Below the pieces are notes generated by a model, which saw only the letters and a list, made by a program, of their open reading frames with translations, was not told the DNA's origin and did not search any database. A stretch of 58,824 nucleotides of DNA, counting the filler, from Trypethelium eluteriae (taxonomy: Eukaryota): NCBI GenBank assembly GCA_051942245.1. It is 3 parts of 3 records of this genome, joined end to end, with 100 filler letters (N's around TTAATTAATTAA, not from the genome) between each part and the next. Parts side by side here need not be neighbours in the genome. Positions count along the whole stretch, not along the records: positions 1 to 19,583 come from JAVECL010000523.1; positions 19,684 to 39,220 come from JAVECL010000524.1; 1 more part is not named here. One strand, given 5' to 3'. The translations under genes and the position numbers were made by a program. The first letter of the stretch is position 1. Each line of letters begins with the position of its first letter. Positions 11,991 to 25,928 of the stretch are shown here, one piece after another.

Positions 11991-14256
11991 TCAGACCAAT
12001 GTCAACGTATGGCCGCAAGCATTTTCGTATGCTTCCGTGCCTATATCCGATGTTGAACAGACCTTCGCACTCTCGACCATCTTCCACTGAATTTCAGAAA
12101 GCTCGTAAAATTCAATAAAGCCGATGCGAGCGAAGATTCCATTTCTGATCGTTTTTCGCAGAGCAAGTGCCCGGCCTGAGCAGGATACTGCTCCCGAGTT
12201 GAGAGAGTCTGAGTTGGTCAATGTGTACGAAAGCATCAGAGTCCAACATCTAAGGGTATGGAAGCCATCGCCATCGTCTCTGAGCAAGAGACTCGTACGA
12301 TCGTCTGGGCGTAGTCGCATCAAGCCAGAATCGCTTCCACGGGAGGAGCCGCGCTGGTCATCTGGGGGGAATCTCCACAAGAACTCGCTATGCTCTGGGC
12401 TGAGTGCCTTGAATTCCAACGAGTACAACTGGCCTTGTACATGCAATGATCCCTGAGAGATCTGACCGAACTCATCGTCAGCTTTTTGAAGCTTGACACG
12501 AGGCTCCCCCAGAATCGAAAGATGGTAGCCAGGGCTTTGGTGAACCTGCATGGGGACTTGCACCACGCCATCCACGGAAGGCCAAGCCCAAGACGGCGCT
12601 CGATACCATAGGTGTGGCGGCACCTGGAAGTTGCCAGCTTGCTGTCGAATTGAAGGCTGACCGTCAACGGTCGCCGAGTCTTTGACATACCAGCCGAGTT
12701 GAGTCACGAGATCGTTCGCCCACAAGCCAGCAATGTACTTCTCGTTCAGCGCTCTGCCGATTTGCTTCGCGATACCAGCAATAGCAATCAATTTGTCAGT
12801 CTTCTTCGTAAGATCGCAGCTTGTGTAGCTTTCAACAGCTATGCGCCAGATGATTCGAAGTTCAGCTTTGTCATTTTCTTTCATATCGCCAGCGGAGATG
12901 GTCTGTAACAATTTCCGCCATCGACGCTCTTCTTCCGGAACATGGTTGATGACTCGCGGAAGGCCGTCAGGCAGGGTTTCGCACGCTGTCAAACTCTTAC
13001 ATTGCCAAAAGACCTGCCGGCCCCCAAAGTGTAGGATTCTCGGGGCCAACATACGCTCTTGAAAGACCCATGCGCGGCGGTAAAGTGGCTCCGCTAAAAG
13101 CTCATTCTTCCAAAATTGATCTTGTACGACTTTATACCTTTGACTGTTTCCTGCCCATGACGCATGAACGATACTTGGCGCAAGTCTTGTGGGCTTCCGA
13201 TCTCGGAAGAGGCCTTGTGAAGCATCTCGAGCGTTGACGGCAGCAATGTTGCAGTACGAGTTTTGGTAAACCTCGTCCATTCGGAGACCCTCCCTGATCC
13301 AATCCTCGCCATCTCCTTGAATAATGCAGAGGCTGTCGATCCAGAGGTGTCGGATGCCGAGCGAAAGGGTTACCTTAATGGCTTGTTGAAAGGAAATTGG
13401 GAAATCTGCGAATGGGATATCTTTAAGCATTTCCTTGTAATTGTGACTTCTTAGAGTTATGAAGTGCAATGATCCCCAGCAGTGACTTTAAATAATCAGC
13501 ATTGCATCTAGCTTAGGCAACATGGAAGGATACCTTAGCGTTGTGTAGTGCCCTTGAAATCTTTCTGTCTCCGTTTCAATAAGCCGTACAGTAGGGCCGC
13601 TTTCGCTACCCACACGAAGTAATCTCGTTGGCACGAATTTTGATTCAGATCCGCCCAGTCCCGTGCCTTCCACGGTGACTATTTCATTGCAGAAGGGATG
13701 GTTCGGACTATTGCAGTCTTCAATCCATGTCTGAACTTGAGCGAAGGTGTCACTACCGCGCACCATGTCCGTGCGATTGTGAAGCTTAGGGGCTGCTGTG
13801 CTACCACTCTTATCTGTGACTAATCTCAGCCACTTGCTTTGGAAGGAGAGGAGGGATGATACTCTCAATGCTGTATATTTTGAACCCTTGTTGAAGCAAG
13901 GCACTAGAATCACTGTCGCCGATCTCATCAAGTAAGTCCTTTGATGGATCAAATCTCAAATTGAAGTGACCTTCTATGCCCAATTTGTCTACTCTAAACT
14001 GGTATATTGGCCAACGCAAGTCCTGCTCTAGCACAACTAAGGGACTCGCTTCATGCGGTTGCGATCTCGCCGCGTCCTGCCTTGCCTGGGCACGAAAATC
14101 TTTCACGCGCAGTAACAGCACGGTACAAATATCGCATCCCGATTCGAATGATTCCTTCCAGGAGGAACTATCCTGATGGTGATGGTGGAGTTCGTCCGAG
14201 TCGACGATCTCAACACCATCGAAAATTTTATTGAAGCAAAAATCGCAGATCGTCAT
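11991..14256 (-). CDS. HET-domain (heterokaryon incompatibility) protein, TOL/PIN-C-like architecture
   Basis: Exons 14256-13863, 13813-13534, 13485-11991. Motifs PTRLL, YTTLS|HCWG, LWIDSLCIIQ, MDEVYQNS, RAWVFQER, YRAPSWAW; N-terminal CxxC..HH..GCDIC. Confidence 0.92.
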
Positions 14257-17135
14257 ATTGAGACTTATGAAAAGGCTCACCAAAGGGAGTGTGCAAACAA
14301 AGTCTTGAGATATTTATGGTTTCAGTAGCTGGAGAGGGTAGAATTGGATCTGCATTGTCTCCGATTCCTCTTTGGCACAACTGGACAGCTCATCTCCTCC
14401 GATCTCCGCGATCTACGCGAGTCCGATTTTAAGTCCAGCATATCACGGTGACTCAGCCCAGCTTTCGATGGGCTGAGTTACGGCTTGGATGAGGCCTGAT
14501 TCAAGCCTCTTTCAAGGGCAAGGCATCAATAGAGCATGGGTCCTAAGAACAAAATGACTGAATAGGAATTAAGAATACATCTAACTAAATTTAGTCATTA
14601 AAGCCAAAGGATGACTCCCGTTACTATCAGCGGCACATACCGGCCTTATCGTAGAGCATTATCACCGGTAGTGCGATGGTACAGTGCAACAAGCGTCATT
14701 CCATATGAAGCCATTATCCCTTGCCCTGCCATAAGCAGCCTCATCTTTCTTGTAGCTACCCTTTTTTATATCTGGTCAGTTACCACATTGAATCTCCTGA
14801 AAAATACATCATGTTTACCCCGAGTATGCAACAAGATCGCATATATGGACCCCTCAACCTCGCCAATACTCTAAATGCCCTTGATACAAGGGTCTCGGCG
14901 CTCAAGAGATGCATAGAAAAAGCAGAACTTCTTGAGTTTCAGGATAGAAGCAATCAGGAAGTCGTCGATGGCTGAAAGTGTACACGAACAGAACTGGTTG
15001 TTCCAAAGATAGAAGGGCACTAAGGGTTCATGAAATTGACAGAAGAGTGGTGAGGCTAGGGATGGAGAGGCTTAACTTCAATTAAGCCTTGCAGGCAGGC
15101 GGCAGAAGCTACAAATGCACTTCACAGAATCGGAGACGGCCGAAGTTTCTCAAATAGAATTCATCCTCCATCGCGTAGAATTGATATGTCATAGACTGAC
15201 TGGAGCGCTGAGAAGAGATAGTGCCAGACCAAAGGGCGAGAGCCCAAAAAAGGAATCAGCGTGCGAGCCTTATGAAGATGAATGTGCCGGGAGATCTTCG
15301 GCCATTTGACGGAGGTGGGATAAACAAATCACAACAAACGCCGTCTACTGCATGTAAATACTATATCTTGAAACCTAAGACTCTTCCCAGATTCCATGGC
15401 ATCGATATGTGAGGAAGCCGTTCAGCTATCAGATACATCTTTGGCTGTGCTTGGGTGGCTTGTCAATGTTTGTGAATCTCCTACCGACGGTAAATCCTGC
15501 AAGCGTGGATCGCACAACTAATACCCTTAGCGTTTATCAAACCGTCTACTAAAGCCACTAGTAGCGTCATCCTCAAAGGTCCTGCATCGCGATCCATGTG
15601 CCAAAAGCCGTCCTATACAACGTGCCTCCTACACAACGTGCCTCTTGCAAAAACGTGCCGCAAAGAAAAGGCCTGCAGACTTGGATGTAATCAATACAAT
15701 ACTGCGACCACTCCACAGCCAGTCGATGTCTATGTATGAAACGCCGTCGTCGGATAGTGATCTTGTTCAGAGTCCACAGTCGCAATGAAGATCTCGTATC
15801 GAGGGAAAATGTCAGAATTAGCAGGATTTGTGGGGATTCTTCCTTTTAGAGGCTTGCCAAGCGTAGACGAAACTATCAACGCCCATCCGCTGCGACGATA
15901 TAAAAGCCTGCTCGATCAGCTCGCTAACTGAGCGGAAGGAGTAGATACTATCCTAAAAGTGATGAAGGTACGGCTCCTACACGTGCTCATTAAACAAAGA
16001 CGGGGCTACACAGCGATTGAAATTGCCGGCGAGATTGAAAGAGCGGTCATCATTTCGATGATGCTGGAAAAAGAGAGGTATACGGAAGGATGCCGTCTGT
16101 TTAGCAATTAGTAGATATTCGCGACAACACGATCCATGGTCTATTTGCCACTTCTCATCACAGCATGGAGGTGCTCAAAAGACAAGAACAGACTTTACGT
16201 TGCAAACATGTGAGATCGAAAACACTTCTCACGCGTGCAGTATTTGTAGAGTTCTTTTTTTCAACCCTGATTGGCGTCTTTCTTGTCCGCAGGAAAAGGG
16301 GAATGAAAGCCGTTGCGCCTTTAAGAATATCATGAGATGAAAATACTTCAGGCTTAGGCCAGTGTTACAAGGCTCCATAATGTGTCGTCTCATTTACTAC
16401 AAAGATGAACTATCCATCTACTACTGTAATCAGTGGGAAACGGATCAGGGCGCAGGCTGACACTTTTCAGGATCCGCGCTCTCTCGCCAATTTTTGAAAA
16501 AGCATGTATACTTTGAATCTGTTCTTGAAAACAAATTGATTGATTTCAGAGAACGTTTATAATACTTCGTTGTGAATCTGTTTTGGAGTCCAAAGGAGAC
16601 CGAATGCGAGAGTGCTCAGCTCTATCTCCTCGGCCAATAATTGTCCTGAATAAAAGCGTACCATCGATTTGGGATATGCTCGCAGACATTTGTGAATGGT
16701 TGATCTCTGTCGCCTCTGGCCTCCGTGCATTGTACATACCTTAATTAAGTGCATGGCTCAGTGACGTCATTTCTGAAAGTACCTGTACAAAGCTGGATGC
16801 ACATCGTAATTATTCAAACTCGAAGACAGTGCTTCGTCCGGGGGTACGTGATAAAGCAGCTAGTTTGGTTGGCTAGTAAGCTAATAGGAAAGTCTAGGGG
16901 TAGATTCCGGTGCGGTGTGGCTGTTCTCGATCTCGTCGATGGCGCTGCCTTGGAAGAGCCGGCGTCATGTGCAATGAGAATATCACGTCACAGCCTAAGA
17001 CGCATAGCAACGGAGCTCAAAACATCCCGCACTCCCTGCTCCTCGCTTTCTCCTACATCTACCATCGACTCTTGATCAACTGCATTCTCGATCTACTTGA
17101 TTCGCAATCTAGCTTTCCATCTCAGAACCACTACA

Positions 17136-17839
17136 ATGGCCACTCTTAGCTGTGAGTCTCGCTTGTTTGCACCATAGCTTGTTGAAGCTTCCCGGGAATG
17201 GGGTCGAAGCGTCTACACCAGATTGCCGAGAGAATTTTCATCTGCGTACTCTGCATCAAACTCAATTTTATCAATCGCTGCTTGCTATCTTCTTCCATGG
17301 CTCTTAATTCTTCGAGAGATATTCAATTGACATCTATTTTCGCAGATCTCCCTCCTGTCAAGCCTTCGGCTATCGCCCTCGGCACTGTCTACAACCACGC
17401 CATTTCGCTTGCGATACTTGGTCCAGTCTTCGGCGAGACCTACCGCGAGGCCCAGCGTGCCAACTCCAAGGAGGAGTTTTTCAAGTCAAAGGAGGCTGCG
17501 TCGGCCGCCTCTGCCTGGGGCTCCTCCCTTGTTGGTTCTGGCGTCCAAACCTATGCCGTTGGCGCGCTCATCAATGCAACGGGTACCTTGACGTACAAGG
17601 GTGCCGCATATCTGGGTAGCTTGGTTTTCTTGGCTAGTGCTGCTCCCTCGGTATGTCAACGAGCTGGTACATGTCAGTATCCATGGTTCTAATCCAGTGG
17701 TTAGTTCATCTCGCAACTCGCTACTGAGAAGCGCCCACTCGATCAAGTTGCTGTGACCGTCTTGGCCCGCGTCGCTGAGACTGTAGGCCTTTCGGTGTTC
17801 CTCACCTGGTGGGGTACTCGCACCAACCCATTCGACTAA
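17136..17839 (+). CDS. Conserved fungal membrane protein (DUF1761-like)
   Basis: Exons 17136-17151, 17346-17650, 17705-17839 with canonical splice sites give MATLSYLPPVKPSAIALG...FLTWWGTRTNPFD, with several hydrophobic segments. Confidence 0.78.
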
Positions 17840-18204
17840 ATTAATAGAAGTCCGGATGGGGAATCTGAGGCGAGGATAGAAGGGCAAAAGGCTACCAGTA
17901 CTGGCTTGAGACTGTAACTATTTCATTGACTATTGGCAACCACGAGGTCTGATGGGAGGATTCAGTGGCAGGTGGCAGCAGTGGTGCTTGGGAGAACTAG
18001 GCTATCATCTTAGTTGATTTGTATCAACATTTAGTTCGCAATGACTTCGACTCTTCACACTAAACCCATGGAATCCTTCGGTGAAGATAAGTCGTACTCG
18101 TAAACATCACATAACATCGCTATGACATTTGAGTAATTACAATACTTAGAATTCACCTACATCGCATCTTCAAAGACCCGAGCAATGCACCCTTCATCTC
18201 CTAC

Positions 18205-18840
18205 ATGGAAGACCCCCTTCTCACCTTAAGTCTCGACTCAGATCCTGAGGAGCCCACAAGCCAAGCCTCCAAGAATGATTCTCTTCCCACTAATCGCGGC
18301 TATCCCCGGGACTACCAATCCGAAGCCGACTTCCAGGCTGTGAAGGCATCCTATCGGCCCAAAATTGAGAACGGAGAGGTAAGACGCGCTCATTTTCCGA
18401 AAGCAAAGTCATGAAAGACGACAGATCAGAACATCAGTTCTTATACTGGCATGGAACAATCCTTCGCAATTTCCACACGCTAACGTCTGGCATCGCAGCT
18501 CTACAAATCGCTCCCACTCTCCTCCTCAACCGGCAGCAACAACGAGGAGAAGCCGAAGACCAGACAAGAGAAGAAACGCGAATTGGAAGCTCTTTCGGCT
18601 GCAGTAGCAGAATTGTACTTCTTCAGGCGGTACGATAAAGTGCTCGAGATCTTGCACGTCGTACTGGATGAGGAGGGAGAGGGGTATGGAATTGAGATTG
18701 GGGAGGGAAAGGAAAGAGAGCGTTTAGAAAGGTGGAGGGAGAAGTGTCATATGCGACTGGAAGAGCGGAACAGTAGAGAGAGAGGCCAGCCAAGTTCGGA
18801 GAGGGGGAGGGAAAGGGACCAGCTTGAAGAGATGCTTTAG
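18205..18840 (+). CDS. Conserved hypothetical protein
   Basis: Exons 18205-18378 and 18499-18840 join in frame (YRPKIENGE|LYKSL...AVAELYFFRRY); canonical GTAAGA..GCAG intron. Confidence 0.7.
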
Positions 18841-19583
18841 GCCAGCTATATGGATGGCTTACAGAGAGCTGAGGGTAGTTACATGTGGTCTGTAGAGCCA
18901 ATTTTGGACAGGCGATCGTGGGAGTGCAATACCCATGGTAATTGATGGAGTGAGAGCTCTGGCTCGGTATGAGGAATGGAATATTACCTGCAGGGGCCTT
19001 TGGATCTGTAAGTGCAGCTTAATGCATAACGCTCTACGCTCCAGAGACAGCGTAAGAGGTTACAAGCTAGGTAAGGTTGCGTTAGATCAGGACTCAGTGA
19101 GGGAAAGTAACTGTAGTTTCAATGCTATTGAAGAACCACCTCGCTACCATCGAAAACATTGCCAAAAAAATTATAGAATACCGAACTTTTGACCCTGTAG
19201 TCCCATCCTATCCCATACTATCCCTTCCTGTGTCGTCCCATATCGTCCCATGTCTCCATCCTGCCGGGTACGAGCTGTACCAATCCTATTCTCCGGCGTC
19301 CGTACTGTGCCGTGGGACGCGAATAATGAAGTCAAAAGATCTCGGTCTCGATTGCCAGCAAACGACCGAATCGATCCGATGGAAAAGAAGGAAAACACGA
19401 ATAAGACAGCCAAGAAGGAAAAAGAAAAATTGCATAGTAAAACACAAGAGCCTCCATCATGAAAGTGAGGGCTTCTCTTCAAAAGCGGCCATCAATAAGT
19501 CCCTACCAAATCTGCCGTCAAGTTCACTCCATCGATAAATTCATCCATACCCTATTATGCCAACGATGCCAGCCTCGTAGTCA

Positions 19584-19683
19584 NNNNNNNNNNNNNNNNN
19601 NNNNNNNNNNNNNNNNNNNNNNNNNNNTTAATTAATTAANNNNNNNNNNNNNNNNNNNNNNNNNNNNNNNNNNNNNNNNNNNN
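19584..19683. other. Assembly gap with artificial six-frame stop linker
   Basis: 100-bp N block containing TTAATTAATTAA at 19628-19639. Confidence 0.97.
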
Positions 19684-19821
19684 TACCAAGTTGTTCAAAG
19701 CTTAGTGACCCTTCTTACATCATTGGATCCTTGACACTCCGCTCCTACGTGAAAAACCCTGAGACCACTCTACGTACCTGCTACAAGCTGTGCTTGTACC
19801 AGGGGGTATAGGCTCATAACA
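19684..19821 (+). repeat. 3' part of a gypsy LTR (third copy) nested in the gag region of element A
   Basis: Matches the ends of the LTRs at 25380 and 32659 (...GGGGGTATAGGCTCATAACA) and is followed directly by mid-gag sequence corresponding to ~27101 in element B. Confidence 0.85.
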
Positions 19822-22800
19822 GAAGGAGTTTAGTACTCCAACCTTATGCAAAGTAAGAAGGAAAGAAGTGCCCAAATAAAAAGAAAATATTATGCCTATA
19901 AAAAACTAGAGCATATAGCAAGAAACTGCTAATCCAAGAATAAGGTGGATTGCAAAGAAGAATTTAATATAGCAACCTAAGTCTATTTAGGAGAAGATAA
20001 AATTATTATTAATAAACTAATAAGTAATAATAATATTAGGAACTTAGATGTTTTCCAGTATTAGATAATTAATAATAAATCTAATGCAGAGGAAGAAAAT
20101 ACTTTATGGGAAGAAGTTATTAACCCTGCAAACAGCTAAGGAAACCTACCTAAGATTACTTATAGTATCCAAGGAGAAGTGGTAATACAAGAGAAGCACA
20201 AAAGTTATATACACCTAGTGTCAAGATTAGAGAATTACTTAGACTATAAAATCCTAGGAAGATGTGTAATACAAAACTGCAAAATTTATTATGCTTATGT
20301 TATAATGCGCCCCAAACTTCTGGCAATTATATGGAATTTAGAGCAGCGGAACTTTAGATACTGGAAGGAGGTTTATAGACTCTTATAACATCCCGACTAT
20401 GATTGGATGACTGGATGGGAGGAATATTAGGATAATGCATACAAAAAGCATTAATAAGCAAAAGAACAACATAAGAAGAAGCTACAATACCAGTTCTAGT
20501 ACTTTATAGCGTGTGGAATAAAGGATTATAAATTTTATTAAAAATAGGAAAGTAATTATAGCTTACTTAATAAAAGATTCTGCAAAAAAAAGGAAACATG
20601 CCCATATTATGGACTGGGCAGTAATATAGCTTGGGGAAGGAGCTAAGCCTAATAGGGACTATGTCTAAAACCGCCCTACAAATTATCTATGTGTAAAATA
20701 ATAAACTGGCTGAGATGTGTTAGCACTGTGTGTGTTAAATACTGCTAAGAGCAAGCAGATTATTATATAAAATATTAATGCAATAACCTAAATTATTATA
20801 AACATTGCCTGGATTATAAAAATATAAAACTGGAATAGCAGGAATGCTATAAAACCGCCAAAAAGATAAGGGAAAAAAAGGGAAAAGTTAATAACTTTTT
20901 ATAAAGGGGTTATAAGCAAGTTATAATGTAATATCCCCTAGCAAAGCAATAATAGGATTGTTTAAAATTAAGGTTAAGATTAAAAATTAATAGATTAAAG
21001 TAATAATTAATAATAATATATTAGTAAATATAATAGCAGTAATAATTACTAAAAGGATTAAACTTAACATTAGGGAAAAAGAAAAGCTATATAATTTATA
21101 CAGAGTTACTAGATTATAATTTATAAAATAAGGATAGGTGGATACTAAAACAGAACTTATTTCTATAATTATGTAAGGGCATACTAAGGAAATCCAACTT
21201 AATATTATAAATTTAATTAAGTATAATATTATACTTAGATTATTATAATTACAAAATTATAACCTAGATATTAATTAGGAAATAGGGGAAATTATATTCT
21301 TTAGGTGCAAATACAGCATTGCATAGAACCCTAAAGGGGCAGAGAATTGCTTTAGGGATAAGATAAGGATAAGCTATGGTGTGGCTTTAATATTAATAAA
21401 TAAGGATAACCAAAAAGGATAAATTAAATTCAGCATATCTAACACTTTAATAAAGGTAGAAGGTTAATTAAGGGATAACATAGAGTGTAAGAACACCAAA
21501 TTTATAATAATACCTTTTAAATATAAAAAGTACTTACTACTTTTTAAGAAGGGGAGGGCAGATTAAGCATTACCTCTGCACTAATTATAGGACTATAAAA
21601 TAAAATTAGAGCTAGGGAAGCAACCCACTTTTGGACCTTTATATCCCCAGTTATAAAGAGAACTGGAGATGCTTTAAGAATAGCTAAAAGAAAACCTTAA
21701 GAAAGGATTTATCCAAAAGTTAGAGTTTTTAGCAGGATATTTTATACTCTTTATTCCTAAGAAGAATGGGAAACTGTAATTATGTGTTAATTACTAAAAA
21801 CTTAATGCTATTATGGTTAAAAATAGGTATCTATTACTTAATGCGGCAGAACTAAGAGACTGCTTAACCAGAGCAAAGTAGCTTATATTATTAGATTAAA
21901 AAGATGCTTATAATTTTATCCGTATAAAAGAAGGTAAGGAATAAAAAACTGCATTTAGAATAAAATACGGACTATTTAAATCCTTAGTAATGCTGTTTGG
22001 ATTAATAAACGTACCTACAACCTATTAGGAATAAATTAATAACGCATTATAATTATATCTAGATATTTTTATAATTGTATATCTTAATAATATATTAATT
22101 TATTCCAAAATAAAGGAAGAATATGTAAAATATGTAAAGATAATACTAAAATGTTTAAAAAAAAGGAATCTTAAATTATTATTAAAGAAGTGTATTTTTT
22201 ACCAAAAATAAGTAATATTCTTAGGATATGTGGTAAGAAAAGATCGGATTTAAATAAAACCAAAAAAGGTATAATTAGTCTTAACATAGCTAAAGCTAAT
22301 AAATATTAAAGGGGTTTAGAGTTTTTTAGGATTTATAAACTTTAATTAATAGTTTATCCCTAAATATTTTAAAAAAGTAAAACTACTTATAAACCTTACA
22401 AAGGGTAAGCAATTATTTAAATAAGAATAATTATAAAAAAGAGCCTTTAAAGTTATTAAAAAAGAGATTATAAAAAACCTGTAATTAATAATCTACAACC
22501 CAAAGTTATTACTAAAGCTTAAGATGAATACTTTAGATTTTGTAATTAGCGCTTGCCTATTATAATGGGTAAATAGGAAGTAAAGACTGATAGGATATTA
22601 CTTAAAAAAAATAACTCCTGCTAAACTAAATTATAACATCCATAATAAAGAATTGCTGGCAATAATAGCAGTAATGGAGCATTAAAGAGCATACATAAAA
22701 GGAATACTTAAACTGGATGTTTATACTGACTACAAAAATCTGTTAATATTTATAATAATAAAACAGTTAAACTAATAATAAGTTAAATAGGCAGAACTCC

Positions 22801-24299
22801 TTAAATAATATAAGTTTATTATATATTATGCGCTAAAAAAAGAGAATAAAAAAGCAGATATGTTAAGTTAATAAGAAGATTATTAAAAAAATAAAAAAGT
22901 ATACCAAGCAGTATTTAAGGAAAAGAATAATAGCACTTTTAAAAGCATTTCTTAAAAGTTTGGATTAATTTTTAACATCTTAAAAAATAAAAATAAATAA
23001 TTCCCTATTATTACTTAAAAGCTACAAATTCTAAATAATAAAGTTAATTATTATATTTAAAGATATTATAATAAACTGTAATATGGACATCCTAAAGTTA
23101 CATAGACACTTAAGAATATATCTCAAAACTGCATTTTTAATAATATAAAACAGAAAGTCCAAAATTATGTAGTAAAATATAATTACTGCAAAAAAAATAA
23201 GTACAGTACCCAAAAAAAAAAAGGCACCATCCAATTAATTTAAGCACTAACAAAGCCTTAGGAGCAGATTATAATAGACTTTATCACAGACTTGCCTATA
23301 TTAAAGCACCCAGTAACCAGAAAAGTCTACACAGCAATCTATGTAATAATATGCAGACTAATAAAGTATATAATACTAATCCCATTCAATAAAAAGTATG
23401 GGATAAAGGAAATAATATGGATACTCTTTAAAAGAGTAATATTATATTTTGGATTACCTATCTTAATAATATTAGATTAAGATAGAAGGTTTATAGCTAA
23501 ATTCTTCCAAATATTAATAGCAAACTTAGGGATTAAAACCAAGTTATTAACAGCATATTATAAGGAGATTAATGGACAAACTAAATGGATAAATTAATTA
23601 CTAGAATAATTCTTAAGATATTATATTAATAATCTATAAAATAATTAGGTATTGTTATTACTTATAACACAGTTGTGCATTAACACCAGAGAATCCAGTA
23701 TAACAAAGTTCGCGCCTATCTAAGGGCTAACAAGATATATACTATTATTAATTTAGCTAATACTTATTAGAATAATATTAGTATTAGGAGAAGATTATAA
23801 AAAAATAATAAAAATAATATATAACAAAATAACCAAAAATATTAATAAAAGAAATAAAAGTTTAATTTAGAATAATAGAAAAGTAAATAAACCTTAATTA
23901 AAAAAGGGGGATAAAGTATATTTACTTATAAAGAATTTAAAAATAAAAAAACTTTATAAAAAGCTTAATGCAGTGAAGATTAGTTTATTTATTATTAAAA
24001 AAAAAAAAAATAAAGTTAATTATAAGTTAAACCTTCCGCAGGATGCTTAAGTCCACCCAGTGTTTTATTTATCTTTATTAAAATTAGCAGATAAAAGCAT
24101 ATTATGCGCAGAGATATTTAGCTATAAGTTAGAAGAGGAATATAAGTTTAAAGTAAAAAAGATCTTGTAAAAAAAAAATAAGAAATACTTAATAAAATAA
24201 AAAAAATACCTAAATTTAAAAAACACTTAAGAAATAAAAATTACACTAGCCAAATATAAAGAAAAGATATAATAATATTAAAACTTAAGGAGGAAAATG

Positions 24300-24804
24300 T
24301 ATTATTAAAAAAAATCTAATTAAATTAAAAGTTAGTAAGAAAGGAGGTTAATTCCTTTATTAATATATCCCACACAATTTTAAGGATAGTATAAAAAGGG
24401 TCTTACTTCTTAAGCAAAGCAACCTCCTTAGGTTTTCCTTCCTTAAACTTAAGGTTTAAAATATTTTAAGTTTTATTAAAAGCTAAGGACTGTTAATACT
24501 TATAAAGGAACTCCAGTTATTTTTATAAATAATTAATTTTAGTTATAAATTTTATTATTTTATTCTAAACCCAATTTATCTTATAATTAATTTTATTAAA
24601 GTTAACCTTAAAAAAGGCCAGATTGTAAGGATAATTCCTCCTTACACACTCTAGACATCTTTAGGAGTTAGGATTAATGCAGCAGTCCAGTTTTTAACAC
24701 ACGCAGTTATAATAAGGACGCATTATAATAAGAGCCTTACAAAGTTTAGCAATAAGACAGTAATAATAAAGTATAAAAAAAGCAGGAATGCAGGCGGAAG
24801 CTAT
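24300..24804 (-). pseudogene. Antisense Zn2Cys6/coiled-coil ORF inside gypsy copy A (RIP-mutated)
   Basis: Minus frame at 24714-24625 gives six Cys positions spaced C-x2-C-x6-C-x8-C-x2-C-x6-C; four are intact and two are Tyr by G>A. The 3' end is approximate. Confidence 0.7.
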
Positions 24805-24885
24805 AATAGTTAAACACATTATCAGCTGCTATATGTACCACACCAGAATAACTGTTAGGCCAATAGTTAAAAAGGGGAGAGGTAA

Positions 24886-25380
24886 TATTATAACCCAGCC
24901 GCGTTAAAGCTAAACGCCATCTCCTTTATACTTACTATAAGCATTCCACAGATAGGTTGTAATAAGTAAAGGTTACGTAACTGATTAATAATAATAAGCC
25001 ATAAATTAGAATAAAGTGATTTAGGGTGATTATTTATAAATCACAGGTTATCACACTAATTAGTAATAATTAACCCAAGATCAGTAAAGATCTAATTAGA
25101 AGGATAACAGCTATAATTAAGAAGATCACAAGTATATATATCTAAGAGGAAACCAGCTTAACTAACTTCCTCACATTTTATTATTATACCAAAACTGTAC
25201 CTACAGTTAGTTACAAGCTAAATCAAACAAGACCTTATTTATTATTAAGTTGTTCAAAGCTTAGTAACCCTTCTTACATCATTGGATCCTTAACACTCCG
25301 CTCCTACGTGAAAAACTCTGAGACCCTTCTACGTGCCTGCTACAAGCTGTGCTTGTACCAGGGGGTATAGGCTCATAACA
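24886..25380 (+). repeat. 3' LTR of element A (495 bp)
   Basis: Direct repeat of 25929-26423 and 32165-32659, preceded by a polypurine tract, ending CATAACA. Confidence 0.92.
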
Positions 25381-25928
25381 GTGCTTTCTGTATAATAAGT
25401 AAGACTGTTAAACGGTTAAAGGAAGGCGTAAGCCTTATAAAAGAGATCCCAGTTATTAGCTGTAAGCTTTATATTTTTAAGAGCTTACTTATAGTCTATT
25501 ATAAATGCCTTAATCTGTGTCTACCTTTTTAGCATGTTATTAATTAGCTTAAATTAAAAAGACCAGCGTGTAATATTATTAATACCAAGTTAAAGGCCTA
25601 CCACTTCTTTCTACAGATTTAAGTGCAATAAAAAGCTCCTCATCTATATTACCAGCTTATAAAGCTTCTAAAGCATTGGTAGGGTTTTAATTCCACTAAA
25701 GTCTTTAATAAAGGCAGTACTACTTTACCTGCTATACTTCTGCCTCTTTTGTTTGGGTTAAGAAGGTTAAAAAGCCTAAGAAGCTTAAGTTCTAGCTTTA
25801 ACTAGAGGTTAAGCTGCTTAACTAACTAATGCTTTAGCAAATCTTATAAGCATGTTATTATTAAGATCTTTATTAGCTGCTTTAATTGTTACTTTAATAG
25901 CTGCTTATAGAGCTTCCTTTAACATAAT
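25381..25928 (-). mobile_element. hAT transposase fragment (middle portion), RIP-mutated
   Basis: Minus strand reads LGINNITRWS (hAT DNxTRW motif, ~25560-25590) and continues the transposase sequence of 32665-33650 once element B is removed. Confidence 0.8.

Larger units (their letters stand above)
19822..25380 (+). mobile_element. Ty3/gypsy chromovirus copy A (RIP-inactivated; 5' part not in this piece)
   Basis: RIP-degraded gag knuckle (KYYAYKKLEHIARNC, ~19886-19929), RT YLNNILIYS for YLDD (~22080), RNase H YNIHNKELLAI (~22632), integrase, chromodomain (~24130-24240), polypurine tract 24869-24885 and 3' LTR. Confidence 0.92.

Noticed and set aside
14721..15309. Short helical-looking ORFs as a gene
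   Set aside because: Interrupted by stops and frame changes with no convincing splice model or motif; at most a relic.
19185..19583. TCCCAT/TCGTCCC short repeats as the other end of the hAT element
   Set aside because: No match to the CATACCTGGGCAAG terminus or GACTTATC flank and not RIP-mutated; may be another element's end but cannot be supported.
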